Of a stretch of 64,000 bases of DNA, positions 63,894 to 64,000 are shown piece by piece. Every line of letters begins with the position of its first letter. The first letter of the stretch is position 1. The translations under genes were made by a program, and so were the position numbers. The notes beneath the pieces are model-generated. The model ran no database searches. It worked only from the letters and a program-made list of their open reading frames with translations, and was not told the DNA's origin. Source of the stretch: Mobula hypostoma (lineage: Eukaryota); assembly GCF_963921235.1 (NCBI RefSeq), contig NC_086109.1, forward strand, positions 32,924,001-32,988,000, in the 5' to 3' direction.

Positions 63894-63903
63894 CCTTATA
63901 TGA
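63894..63903. promoter_or_regulatory. CArG-like element (1 mismatch) about 180 bp upstream of the LMOD1 ATG
   Basis: CCTTATATGA vs CC(A/T)6GG; LMOD1 is an SRF/myocardin target in mammals. Confidence 0.35.
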
Positions 63904-64000
63904 TTTAGCAACCAAACATGAAATGGGAAGAATAATTGATGTGAGACTGCACCATTCAGACTCTGCTCCAAGCATTTTTTGAATACTAATTACATAAGCA

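Overview
Vertebrate genomic DNA, AT-rich and repeat-dense. The repeat content (CR1, Rex1/Babar, V-SINEs, Neptune-type Penelope-like elements) suggests a cartilaginous fish, probably a ray; this is inference. One protein-coding gene is recognisable: leiomodin-1 (LMOD1), minus strand, 3 coding exons (63715-63512, 44065-42650, 36961-36935; about 548 aa). Its exon 1 appears to have been shortened by a new upstream splice donor, while the ancestral exon end is frameshifted and has lost its GT. The rest is intron or intergenic DNA with a full-length decayed Ty3/Gypsy element (LTRs, PBS, PPT, 5-bp TSD) nested in a CR1, a solo LTR, LINE/SINE/MITE fragments, and many Penelope-like fragments. The main unexplained signal is self-cleaving RNA. 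A well-formed HDV-like ribozyme with an unusual L3 hairpin insertion sits exactly at the 5' end of a non-coding RTE-like retroelement (50211-50397), a second degenerate one lies near 18.3 kb, and more than 10 minimal hammerhead motifs occur in the Penelope-like repeats. Repeat boundaries without a TSD are approximate, and family names come from recalled motifs, not database searches.
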